Shown: piece by piece, positions 13,447-26,135 of the stretch
How the letters are laid out: each line of letters opens with the position of its first letter
Numbering within the stretch: the stretch's first letter is position 1
DNA from: Antechinus flavipes
Lineage: Eukaryota
Reading direction: 5' to 3'
Length of the DNA: 64,000 nt
NCBI RefSeq assembly: GCF_016432865.1
Contig: NC_067398.1
Span: 341,124,001-341,188,000, forward strand
The notes under the pieces: model-generated
The model's input: the letters and a program-made list of their open reading frames with translations, nothing else
The model's database searches: none
Told to the model about the DNA's origin: nothing
Position numbers and translations under genes: made by a program

Positions 13447-14669
13447 AGCTTCAGCAGCTGTTGCATCTACACTGCTGTGCTCACCCTAGCTCAGAGCAAA
13501 GCTGTCAGGGGAGAGGGGAATGAGAGGCTGTGATGGGCAGGGCAACCCAGCTCCCCCTGAGTGTCATAGTGGTGGGGGGAGGCAAGCCAGCGGAGGACGA
13601 GGAGACAGGTTTCATCCTAGCCTTTTGTGGTGACATTGCTATCACATTCTTGCCCCTCTCCATCACCTCCATCCTGAATTCGGTCAAGCGAAATTTAATA
13701 TGATCCACCCTGCTTCTTCTCGCCACCCCTCACAGAGAAAAGCTATTATGTATGTGACTGTGCATGTTTATGAGGAAATGCAGGTCTCCTGACTTTCAGT
13801 TCAGTGCTAGACCAGTTACCCCATCACCATCCCTCCATGTCACAGAGCAGAGAACAAGAACAGTTCTTCCTATTTTACAGAGGTGAGGGGGGAGAGGAGG
13901 AGGGCAAGAAAGAGATGGGGAGAGGAAGAAGGAGAGGGCAAGGGAGAGACAGAGGACTAGGAAGAATCAAAATCTTCCTAGAATCACCCAAATTATTATT
14001 TGGAGGAAGCCAGAGCACACATAAATTCAAGTGAATCTGAAAATATATCGTATTTTCTGGCTCTCTCTTGCAACTAAGGATCCAGTTTCAGAGTAGTCCC
14101 ATTTTGGGGTTGACCTTGATAAAGACTCCACCCCAGATGGTAAAGAGATTTCCAGGCAGTCAAAATAATCCTAGGTTGAATTCATAAAACACTTTTACTC
14201 AGAGTAATCCTGAGAGGTAGAAGAAAATTATATCTGTTTTACTGAGGAAGAAACACATTAAGAGAAGGAATTTGAATAAGGTCTTTTGGATATACTAATT
14301 TATGACCTTGTCTTCCTTGATGGAATGAAGGCTCCTTGAGGACAAGAATTGTTTCATTTTTTTCCCATGTATACATAGAACATTATTTAACCCATGGCTA
14401 GTATTTCTTTAGTATATGATATATATATATACTGGTATATTTCCATTGGGATGAAACCAGTGTCCATATTTAAATAATTATAGAATAAATTTAAACACAT
14501 ATGACTTAAAGGGAATTTATTATTTCCTACTATTGGAACCTAGATGTAAATACTAATTGATTGATGCAACTAATTAGGATTAATAAGGGTGGGAGATCAA
14601 ACTTTAGCTCAACTTTCTTCTGGATCAGTGCTAGTTCTAAAATACCATGTTATCTTTTTGTTGTTGCTG

Positions 14670-15600
14670 TTGGTTGTTATTGTTTTATTAAAGCTTTTTA
14701 TTTTTCAAAACATATGCATGGACAATTCTTCAACATCAGCCCTTGCAAAACCCTATGTTCCAATTCCCCTCCTCCTTCCCCCATGCCCTCCCCTAGATGG
14801 CAAACATGAGAGAAATATATGTTAAATCCAATATATGTATACATATTTGTACAATTATTGTGCTGCGTTGTTGTTTAAAATTTTTTCATTTTTAAATGAA
14901 GATCCATCACTTTTACCTCATACTTCTTCTACCCCACTCCCAACTCCAATTAAGGAAGCAAGAAAAACAAAACCTTATTCCATACATTATGGTTCAGCAA
15001 AAGAAATTTGGGATATTGACCATGTTTTTAAAAAATGTCTCAGTCTGTTCTATCTGCTTTATGAGGAGGTTTCATTATTAGTTCTCTGGAATTGTGGTTA
15101 GTCTTTGAGTTGATCAGAGTTCTTTAGTCTTTCAAAGTTGTTTGGCTTTAAAATACCATTATTATATAAATTGTTCTGATTCTGCTCACTTCACTGCATA
15201 TTTATTCAAGCCTTACCAGATTTTTTTGAAACTTCTTCCTTCATCATTTCTTATAGAATAATAGTATTCTATCACATTCATATACCACAACTTGTTCAGC
15301 CATTCCTCAATTGATAAACATCCTTTCAATGTCCAATTCTTTACTATCACAAAAAAGTTGATATAAATATTTCCAGATGTGGATTTTTTCCTCTTTGGCC
15401 TCTTTGAAGTAGACACCTAGTAGTGTCATCACTAAATAAAAGGATATTCACAATTTAATTGTTTTGGAGGCATAGTTCATAGTTCTGCTTTCCAAAATGG
15501 TGGGTTGGGCTAGTCTACAACTCCATCAACAATGCTTTAAATTACCTGTTTTTCCATAGCCCCCCTTCAACATTTGTTATTTTCCTTTTTTTTTTTTTTG
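14670..15600 (-). mobile_element. Marsupial L1 3' end fragments
   Basis: 3'UTR motif ttttcaaaacatatgcatgg...aaaaccctatgttcc; minus-strand ORF resembles the L1 ORF2 C-terminus (EWLNKLWYMNVIEYY). Confidence 0.8.
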
Positions 15601-18600
15601 GTCCACTTTGACAATCTAATGAAGACCATGCTATCTCATACTATTGACTTGTTAGAGAGACAGTACTTCCTATCCTTTATCCCTAACATTCTTGTTTTCC
15701 TTCTGGTGTTGCTCCATTGATTCTCCTCAAATCTCTTCTCTAAGAAGGGTCAGCACTGGAGCATATTGGACCACCCCTCCAAGGAAGGCAAGGAGGAATT
15801 GCCCAAGATGACACAAGATATTGGTCTCTATGAGTTGTCCCAGTTCCTGGCTTGTTCTGGCACACCAGATTGCCCCTTATAGCCTAGCCCAGGTGACAAA
15901 TTTGGGCATGCAGATTGAGGCAGGATCTCTGTTCTTTGAACAGTAATGGGACTCTCCCCTTATGGAAAATGTCTGATTGGTTAAAAGGAAGGTATGAAAG
16001 GAAAAGCTTGAATGGGCACCTGGAAGGATGGAAATCCTTGTCTACATGGTTATGTAGGACCTACTGCCTCTGAAACTGTACCTAACATTAGGACCCCAAT
16101 TCAGTTTAATTCAGCCAGCATTTGCTAAGGTTATGCTGAGAAAAGGAGGAGGACAATGTGTATATTGGAATGGAGGATAGGCTGATTCTCGCTTCAGGGA
16201 CATAATTGCCTGACTGGGGAGACAGGATTCACCATGGTCTATGAAGAAAACAATCTTAAAAGACATATCGTCATGTACTTAACTCTGTGGTACAGGTTAA
16301 AAGGTAGAGAGAGTCAGAGGAAGGAAGAGCTCAGTGTGGGCTACCAAGGAAGGTGAATGAGGTGCATTAATTGTTTTCATTGTTACTTTACAACAAAGGT
16401 TCTTAACATGGACCTCCTGAACTTGAATGAAAGAAAAATTATATCTCTATTGCAACTGAAATTTTGCTTTTCTTTCCTTCAAGTATGAATGCAGGCAACA
16501 AAATATTATTCTGACAAGACATTAGAGTCTTGAGGGGGATCATAACATACAAAAAATATTAAGAACTTCCTGATCTACAGGAAACCTTTTGGCCTGAAGG
16601 TTTAAAACGCTGTGGCTCCAACATCCCATCATAGAAGTAGTCTGTTACTGCTCCTTGGTGCTGCTACAGACCCCCCCTCTCCTCCCAGTGAAGCTATCTC
16701 CCTGTAGAGACCTTGATTTCCCTCATTTAAAGAAAGAAGAGCTAAACTGGTCTAAAACCTAACTGAAGTATATAATGTGAAGACCTGGAAGAGTACGGAA
16801 AATGGTTTGCTTGAAGAGAAAGCTTCCACCCAAAGCATCTCCTGTCTGCCACAAGTGATGGAGGATTTCTTTATTTGCAGGGCTCCCTAGAGCTGCTGTT
16901 CTATATAAGGTGAAGTGTTATGGATGATTTAAACTTAGTGAGATACAAACAGGTGTGTTCTCTGGCCCTGGGCTTACTCTATGGGGGAATGATTGTGCGC
17001 CTGTGGGTCTGTGTATTATGAGATTTTTCTGCCTACAAAGCTCCATCACCCAAAATTGCCTAGCGCAAAGTAAGCAAAAATCAAAGTTCAAGAAATATCC
17101 CAAAGATCCTTCCCTCCTTGGAGGAACCCTTGCCACTGCCCTTCCCTGACTTCCCTGCTCTGGCTCCCTCCCATCTCATAGGATCTCTCTCAGTTTCCAA
17201 CCAGGAGACAAATACCATCCGTGTTATTTAACACCTTGTTCAGATAGGAAGATGTGAGCCTGCTGGTACAGGGTGCTAATGAGAATGGCAATATTTACCT
17301 GGGGTTGCTATGGAGGTGTTGGTAACTAGTTGAGTAGAGACAGCTTCCCATGTACAATAGCCATAGATATAACTGGGGGGGGGATGGACTTGGCCACCTT
17401 GCAGGGATTAGGTCTCTAGTGGTTGATGTTTATTTTCAGGGCATGATCCCCATTTATGGTTTCATCCTTTAATGATTAACGGGGTTCAGAGAGGCTCTAG
17501 AAGCAGGCGAGGGAGATTTAGCTCAACATGTGATCCTGCCTCATCTGGAGGAGGGAAGCAGTGTCCAGGGGCAGTACTGGACTCAGGGAGTAGAGGTCCC
17601 CACCTCTCTTTTTCCTCCTCCATGTTTTTCCTCCTTTAATAAAATTAGTTTATATTGCCATTGATATTTCTAATTTACAAAGGCTTATCTCACAACTGTC
17701 CTATGAGGAGTACAGCCTAAGTATGGTGGCACCCATTTTTCAGATGAAGAAACTGAGATCCGGAGCAGAGAAGTGACTTACTCAGGCTACAGGGTCGGTG
17801 AGTAGCAGAGCTGGGACTCCAAGTTCAGCGAGTGCTGTCTCTAACTAAATCAAGCTACTGCTTCCCTTCTCTCCATTCCCTTTCTATATCCTATATTTTC
17901 CTCTGACCCCCATGTCTACTTTCTTGTACTTGTGGAGAGTAAAATTGCCTCTCTCCGAGATGAGAAGGAATGTTTCCTTCTTGTGACCAAAGGGGAGGCA
18001 ATGGGGAGAATTTGCTACCTTCAGAGGGTTTCCCGGAGGGTTCAGTGAGCCTGGCTGGGAGCATAAAGCCCCGAGAGGGTATTTGAGCAGAGGAAAGGGG
18101 GATGAACTCCTTTCTCAGTGCTACAGCCTATTTTCTGGTGTCTCTTCCCCTCTCCCTACAGTGAAGATCATTGACTTGAAGCTATGGAAGCTAATGAAAG
18201 ATTTTTGATGAATGATGCTACCGTGTCAGATAGAAATCGGAGTTTGGGGCCAGAGAGGGAAAACTCAGCTCTTGGGACAGAGTTGACCACAACAGATAAG
18301 ACCCCATGGGAGAAGTTCTTTCAGGTCAGGCCTGCCTTTGGGGCTGTTTAGCCATACCAAAGGGATGCATTCTCAGCGGCAAGGGTAGTTGGGCTAGAGA
18401 AGAAGCTGGATTTCATGTTTATCATTGTCCTTCCTGATTACACAGGTCTCATATCCTCCCTTTGCAGCAAGAACATACTGCTTAGAGCATCAGGACAGTT
18501 GTCTTGCCCCCTTCTTACCTCAGCCCCAACCCCAATCTCATTGTGGACTCATAGTCTTTTCCCAAAAGCATTCAGCATTTGGAGAGGACAGAGACTGGGA

Positions 18601-19344
18601 AGACAGGAGGGGAACAGAGGCAGAGAGGTGACTTGGATGTCCTGGAAAAGCAGGAATTTGGGAGGTAATACTAGAGACTTGGCTTGATACCTCAGTGACT
18701 TCTTTCATTTATTACATGGTTTATAGTTTACAGAGTATGTTCTTTTTCATTTGCATCCCTGATCTTCACTATAGTCTTGTGAGAAAGGCAGAGCAGGAAC
18801 ACGAAGGGAGAGAGATCATGCTCCCATTGTGCAGATGAGGGCATTGCCATTCAAAAAGAGAGCTGACTTGGCCAAGCAAAGTGATGGTACAGCCAAGAGT
18901 GGGAGTCTCCTGGCTCTCAATCCTGAGAGGACCAATTGTGGCTATAGAAAGTGATATAGGGGACAGGGTCCTCGAAAGGAAGATTACCTCCAGTTTTCTA
19001 TGGCTTCCTCTTAAACTTTGTCAGTGGAGAGGTGAATCTTCTACCATCCCTGGTGGCCAAGTACATTTACAGCCCCAAACTGGAATCAAGGTCTCTATAA
19101 TTCAGGATGTGAGAACTGGGAGAAATCCACTGGGGGCCAAATCAGTGCTTGTCAAGCAGTATCTCTTGATATCTGGAGGAAAGGCTTCCTAAAAGATAAT
19201 AACATCTATCTGTTTGGTTGGTGCGGTACTGGATATTGTACCCAGAGAACCAAAGAGACCGATGATATAAAATAGATGCAAAATATAGGACTCCTAGGCA
19301 TAGGCATCCTAATAATAATTTCCATTCCATAGTGATTTGAAAGT

Positions 19345-20372
19345 TTTTTTAAAGTTTACTTTTATTTTAAATTTTTCAGCTTTTTATTTTTGAAATATAT
19401 GCATAGTTTTCAACATTCACTCTTGTAAAACCTTGTGTTACAAATTTTTTTCTCTTTCCCTTCTCCCAGCCCTTCCCTTAGACATCAAGTAATCCAATAT
19501 ATGTTAAAATGTGCAATTCTTCTATATATATATTTCTACAATTATCAGAAAAATCAGATCAAAAAGGAAAAAAATAAATGAGAAGAAAAACAGAAAGCAA
19601 GCAAACAATAACAAAATGATGAAAATACAGTGTTGTGATCCACACTCAGTCCCTACAATCCTCTTTCTGAGTGCAGATGGCTCTCTGTATCACAAGTCTT
19701 TTGGAATTGGCCTGAATTGTCTCATTGTTGAAAAGAGCCAAGTCCATCAGAATTGGGCATAGAATAATCTTGTTGTTGCTGTATATAATGTTTTCCTGAG
19801 TCTGCTCACTTCCCTTAGCATCAGCTCATGTAGATCTCTCCAGGCCTCTCTAAAATCATCCTGCCGGTCATTTCTTACCAAACAATAATATTCCATAACA
19901 TTCATATACCACAATTCATTCAGCCATTCTCCAATTGATGGGCATCCATTCATTTTCCAGTTTCTAGCCACTACAAACAGGGCTGCCACAAACATTTTGG
20001 CACATACAGGTCCCTTTCCCTTCTTTAGTATCTCTTTGGGATATAAGCCCAGTAGAAACACTGCTGGATCAAAGGGTATGCACAGTTGGATAACTTTTTG
20101 AGCATAGCTCTAAATTGCTCTCCAGAATGGCTGGATCCATTCACAATTCCACCAACAATGCATCAGTGTCCCAGTTTTCCCGCATCCCCTCCAACATTCA
20201 TCATTATCTTTTCCTGTCATCTTAGCCAATCTGAGAGGTGCGTAGTGGTACTTCAGAATTGTCTTAATTTGCATTTCTCTGATCAATAGTGAATTAGGGC
20301 ATTTTTTCATATGACTAGAAATGGTTTCTATTTCTTAATCTAAAAATTGTCTGTTCACATCCTTTGACCATT
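19345..20372 (-). mobile_element. 5'-truncated L1 (ORF2 C-terminus plus 3'UTR)
   Basis: Minus-strand translations LLGLYPKEILKKGKGPVCAKMFVAALFVVARNWK and IREMQIKTILKYHYAPLRLAKM. Confidence 0.92.
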
Positions 20373-20975
20373 TAAGTGTTTTAAATTTTGCAAAATTTTC
20401 TTCACAAAGACCCTATGAAGTGGGTAATGCACATGTTGTTTTCCCATTTTAGAGATGAGGCAACTGAGTTTCAGAGATGTTAAGGAACATGCCTTCAGGA
20501 ATACATAGTAATTCAAACTCAGGTCACTCAGATTCCTTCTTTCCACTAAATCACATGGAAATGTGAAATCAAGACACTAGTGGTTTTGCTATGGTGGAAT
20601 GGTGAAGAGGCCAGTAGGTAAGAATAAACAGGGAGATGTTTATAATATGGGCTTGAGGGTGGTTTGGACACTTCACATTGATTCTACTCACATTTTCTTC
20701 CTAAGATCAGGAGTCTGAAGATCCTGGGCCAAATTTCAACATTGCCTCTTACTTTGGTTTCAGGACTGCTGAACCCTATCCTCATTCTTCGTGTAGACAG
20801 GGAAGAAGCTTTTAAAATGAGATATTTGAACTAAATCAAACCAAAAAGCAGAAACTGTGCTTAATTTTTTTGGGTATGTAGATATAGATAGCTAGACATA
20901 AATATATAAATAAATATAAATATATAAATTTTCCAGTTTCATGTAAAACAATTTTTTTTACATTTGTTTTTAAAA

Positions 20976-21770
20976 CAGTTCCACACATCCAGCCATTCTG
21001 GAGAGCAATTTGGAACTATGCTCAAAAAGTTATCAAACTCTGCATACCCTTTGATCCAGCAGTGTTTCTACTGGGCTTATACCCCAAAGAGATACTAAAG
21101 AAGGGAAAGGGACCTGTATGTGCCAAAATGTTTGTGGCAGCCCTGTTTGTAGTGGCTAGAAACTGGAAACTGAGTGGATGCCATCAATTGGAGAATGGTT
21201 GGATAAATTGTGGTATATGAACATTATGGAATAGTATTGTTCGGTAAGGAATGACCAGCGGGATGAATACAGAGAGGACTGGAGAGACTTACATGAACTG
21301 ATGCTAAGTGAAATGAGCAGAACCAGGAGATCATTATATACCTCAACAACCAATACTGTATGAGGATGTATTCTGATGGAAGTGGACCTCTTCGATAAAG
21401 AGAGCTAATTCAGTTTCAATTGATCAAGGATGGACAGAAGCAGCTACGCCCAAAGAAAGAACACTGGGAAATGAATATAAACTGCTTGCATTTTTGTTTT
21501 TCTTCCCGGGTTATTTATGCCTTCTGAATCCAATTCTCCCTGTGCAACAAGAAAACTGTTCGGTTCTGCACACATATATTGTATCTAGGATATACTATAA
21601 CCTATTTAACATGTATAGGACTGCTTGCCATCTGGGGCAGGGGGTGCAGGAAGGGAGGGGAAAAATCAGAACAGAAGTGAGTGCAAGGGATAATGCTGGA
21701 AAAAATTACCCTAACATGGGTTCTATCAATAAAAAATTATTTAAAAAATAAAAAATTTAAAAAAAAATAA
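20976..21770 (+). mobile_element. Younger 5'-truncated L1 with poly-A, inserted in an older minus-strand L1 (about 20900-22500)
   Basis: ORF2 3' end, G-rich 3'UTR, aataaa and A-tail; approximate TSD aaaac(a/tta)gttcca. Confidence 0.88.
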
Positions 21771-22544
21771 AACTTAGTTCCAGATTCCCTCTTCCTCCCT
21801 CCCCATCCAATCCCCATTGAGAAGATACTTGCAAAACATTCCCATAAAAGTCATGTTGCAAAAGAAAACATTGATTTCCACTCTCCCCTCCAAAAAACTT
21901 AAGAAAAATAGTTTAAAGAAAAAGTGTACTTCAATCTGTATTCACTTTAAGCTCAAAATCCACGTAGCAAGCTTTTAGTGAACCAGGAACCACACCAAAA
22001 TTTATTTTTAATAAGCTAAGGAACCAGTTAAAAATGAAATCAACCCTTAAATTCTCATAGGTTTTCTGGTATCATAGTTGGTTATTGTTTTGGTCAGAGG
22101 TCCCGAACCTTACCAAATTGTATGTCTTTATAATGTTATCGTATAAATTGTTCTCCTGGTTCTGCTCATGTGTCACTGCCTCCATTCTTTGCAGGTAATT
22201 CTGACATCTTCCCTTTTGTCATTTTTTGTTTCATTCATATACAATAATTTGTAGTCATCCCTCCAAATGATGGGTACCTCCTTTGTTTTTTATTCTTTAC
22301 CTTTACAAAAAAAGTAGGATTTACATGTTCTAAGAAATGTTTTTGTCCACAGAGATCCTTCCCTCTTTCCTTGATCTATTTGGGATAAAAGTCTAGCAGT
22401 AATATTGGTGGGCCAAAGGGTAGATATGCATTCCGATCTTATTTTTTACCAGCAGCACCCCAAAACTTCGGTTCTGCCATCTAGTGGTCATATTATTAAC
22501 TGCCACAGCTTGAGACTGGGACCAAGGAATAGGATGTTCCACAG

Positions 22545-22780
22545 CATTCAGTTGTTCAGTCCTCTTCAGCTGTTCCTGACCCCATTTAGGGTTTTCTTGG
22601 CAAAGATACTGGAATGATTTACCATTTCCTTCTCCAGGTCATTTTACAGATGAGAAAACTGAGGAAAAAAACAATTATGTGACTTGCTCAGGATCACACA
22701 GGTAATACGTGTCTGAAGTAGAATTTGAACTCGGGTCTTCCTAGGTGAGACCCGGTACTCTAATCACTGCATCACCTAGA
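22545..22780 (-). mobile_element. Mar1-like SINE
   Basis: gggttttcttggcaaagatactggaatga...gaactcgggtcttcct consensus. Confidence 0.75.
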
Positions 22781-24089
22781 ATTCCTCCAAGGAATATAGA
22801 TTGATGGATCCCCCGGCAGATATGAAAAAGAATTTAGATAGGTAAACTTGGGAAGTAACTTGTAGGGTTAGAGACTTAAGACTGAGCCAAGTGAGGAAAT
22901 GGCCATCATTTTTTTCTCCTTTGGGAGGAAAGGTATGATAGAAGTGTCCCTGATAAAAGAAAAGGCAGAGTAGCTCACTTGTGATAGACAGATTTTCATA
23001 GGATATGAGATCCAGAAGGAACCTCAAAGGTCATTTTGTCTAACCTCTTTATTTTTACAAATAAGGAAACTGAGACCCAAAAAGGTCAAAAGATGTATTC
23101 ATCAGTCAAGGTACTAGTCAGCAGAGCCAGAATTCAAACCCAGATACCTTCCATTTCAAATTTAGGATTCTTTCCTATCTCCCTGCTAGGACTGCTGTGA
23201 GTATCCAATAAAAGGGCCGAGTTGAGAAGTAAAATGGTGGAGTAGAGGAGTATTGGATTTGGAATCAATTAGGTTTGACACCCAACTCCACCACTTCCTA
23301 CCTCTGTAACCTTAAATGACTAACTTTTAGGGACATCAGTTTTTTTATTTACAAAATAAGGGTGGCCCAAGTGATTTCTGAAGCCCCTTTCAGCTCTATA
23401 CTCTGATTCCCAGTTGCCATCTCTATTCTCCCTTGGAGACACAAGATTCATGCCTGTGAAAACCATGTAAAGTGATATCCAGTGAGGACTAGAAGAGTTT
23501 GTTGGTAAGGGAGCTCTCTGGGGTGGGACCGACCCTCCCCTATAGTGCAGGCTCTGTTACCCTCATGTGTGCTACTCCTCAGCCCAGAATAATTTGCCTT
23601 CAGAAAAATCAGGGTTTTTTTTTTCCTAAGACAGAATGAATGGACATAGTAGATCTATCACCTGTAGCTGCAGTGTGGAGACCGGCGCCCGCCTGACCTC
23701 ACACTTGTTTCCTGGAAAGCCTTGACATTTTTAATGGGAACATTCTGAATCAGACTGTCATTAGGCTCCCAGGAATGAAGAGAGACACGAATCCATGAGG
23801 CATCAGACATAGGGGATGTTGGCAATCTGGGAAGTGTGGCTATCCACTGAGAGCTAGAGTTTGGGAGACTTCTTACTTTCCCCTTCCCCAGCCCCCCTCT
23901 CACACAAAGTCTTTTCCAGCGGAGGTCCTGATGACTTCTCAGTTCTACATTCTTTCTTGTCCTTCCTCACTTTTCCTAGGACAGTCATGAAGTCCAGGGA
24001 TAGCAGAGAGGGAGCTAGGGAAGTGGGCAGGAATCTGTACCCACAGCCCCATTTCCCTGAGGAATAGACTAGCATCATCCATCATCAAC

Positions 24090-25080
24090 AAGCATTCATT
24101 GTTTATTCTGTGTCAGGCATTTTGTAGGCTCTGGAATACAAAGAAAAGCAAAAACAAAGTCCCTGACCTCAAGAAACTCATTTTAATGAAACAAACAATT
24201 ATGTATATACAATAGCAAATGGAAAGGTATCTCAAAGAAAAGGCACTCGAATTGAGTGGGGGAAAGGGGAGAAGAAAGTACCAAGAAAAGCTTCTGGCAA
24301 AAGATAGCTTTTGAGCTGAGACTGAAGGGAGGGAGGGAAGACAGGAGGCAGAGATGAGGAGAACATTACAGACATGGGACACACATCAGGAGAGAGGAAA
24401 TGGCATGTCAAGTGTGAGAAATTGCAAGAAGTCTAGGGTTAGTGGAACAGAGTATTTTTTAAAATTTATTTTTTTATAAAGGCTTTTTATTTTCAAAACA
24501 CATGCATGGATAATCATCAACATTCACCCCTGCACAACCCTGCCTTCCAAATTTCTTCCCTTCCTTCTCCCCCCCCATGGCAATAAATTCAATATGTGTT
24601 AATCATGTGCAATTCCTCCATCTATAGTTCTATAACTATTGTGCTATATAAGAAATATCAGATGAAAAAGGGAAAAAAATGAGAGAAAACAAAAAGCAAA
24701 CAAACAACAACAAAAAAGTGAAAATACTATGTTGTGGTCCATAGTCAGTTCCCACAGGCCTCTCTGGATGCAAATGGAATAAAGAGTATTTAGTAGGGAA
24801 TAAAGTGTGAGTGACAGATAGGAACAGGCCAGTGTGTAAAGAGTTTAAAAGCCCATCTGAGGGTTTTGTATTTAATTTTGGAGAAAACAGGGAACCATTG
24901 GAGCTTAAATAGGGGATCAGGCAAAACCTGGGCTTTAGAAACATCGCTTGTCAGCTGAAGGCAGGATGGATTGCAGTGGGGAGACTTGAGTCAAGGAAAC
25001 AACATGCACAAATGAGTATGATTCAAAATGGAATATGATGAAGAGACAGTAAAACAGGATTTTTGGGACAGAAACAGGAA
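24090..25080 (-). mobile_element. L2 fragment interrupted by an L1 3'UTR (about 24465-24780)
   Basis: Reverse L2 tail (caacaagcattcattg) and purine-rich body; L1 3'UTR motif in the middle. Confidence 0.65.
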
Positions 25081-25584
25081 GCTTGGTAGATAGAGTTTTG
25101 GAGCTAGAGTGAGGAAGATCCGAGTTTGAATCCTTCCTACCCAAGACCTTTAACTAGTTGTGTGGTCCAAGTCATCTAATCTCTCCGGCTTCATGATTAG
25201 ACCTGATGGCCTCTGAAGTCTCTTCGGGATCTAGAGATATCATGATCTGATAAAAATAAAGCGCCTGAAAGACCTGTCCCCAATTCACCTGCCAACAATA
25301 AACCTTCAGCTACCCTCAGCACATCCAAACAATTATTTTAAAAGCTAGCTCATCTCACAGGCACACAGGCGAAGGCAAAGTTCTATTAGAATGTGATTAG
25401 AATGAGCTTCTTAAGGACAAGGACCAGCAAGTGGCTTAATAAATGTTTGTTGGCCGACTAACCAACTCTCTCCTGCTATCTGTGTAAGACAAGGCTTTCT
25501 AATAACTGAGTCCCTGAAAGAGTTAATGCTCTTCCAGTCTATGGCTGGATGTCTGACTTGCTCCCCTACTTTCCCCCGCTCCCT

Positions 25585-26135
25585 GCCTTCACTCCCTCTC
25601 CCCTTCCTCCCCTTTCTGCCTGCCTTTCCTCCCTTCCCTTGTCTGCTTTTCCTCCCTTCCCTTTCCTGCCTTTCCTCCCTTCCCTTGTCTGCCTTTCCTG
25701 CCTTTCCTCTCTTCCCTTGTCTGCCTTATCTGCCTTTCCTCCCTTCCCTTTCTGCCTTTCCTCCCTTCCCTTTCCTCTCTTCCCTTTCCTGCCTTTCCTC
25801 CCTTCCCTTTCCTGCCTTTCCTCCCTTCCCTTTCCTCTCTTCCCTTGTCTGCCTTTCCTCCCTTCCCTTTCCTGCCTTTCCTCTCTTCCCTTGTCTGCCT
25901 TTCCTGCCTTTCCTCTCTTCCCTTGTCTGCCTTTCCTGCCTTTCCTCTCTTCCCTTGTCTGCCTTTCCTCCCTTCCCTTTCCTGCCTTTCCTGCCTTTCC
26001 TCTCTTCCCTTGTCTGCCTTTCCTCCCTTCCCTTTCCTGCCTTTCCTCTCTTCCCTTGTCTGCCTTTCCTTCCCTTGCCTGCCTTCCCTTCTTACCTTTC
26101 CTTCTTTCCCTCCCTTCCCTTCCTTCCTCCCTTTC
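25585..26135. repeat. Pyrimidine-rich compound minisatellite
   Basis: Shuffled modules CTGCCTTTC, CTCCCTTCCCTT, CTCTCTTCCCTT and GT/TC, unit about 20-25 bp. Confidence 0.95.

Noticed and set aside
18300-18324. TPWE similarity to UBE2I (KKGTPWEGGLF)
   Set aside because: A four-residue coincidence; the rest of the exon is unrelated.
19747-20310. ORFs resembling a protein-coding gene
   Set aside because: They are L1 ORF2 C-terminal remnants.
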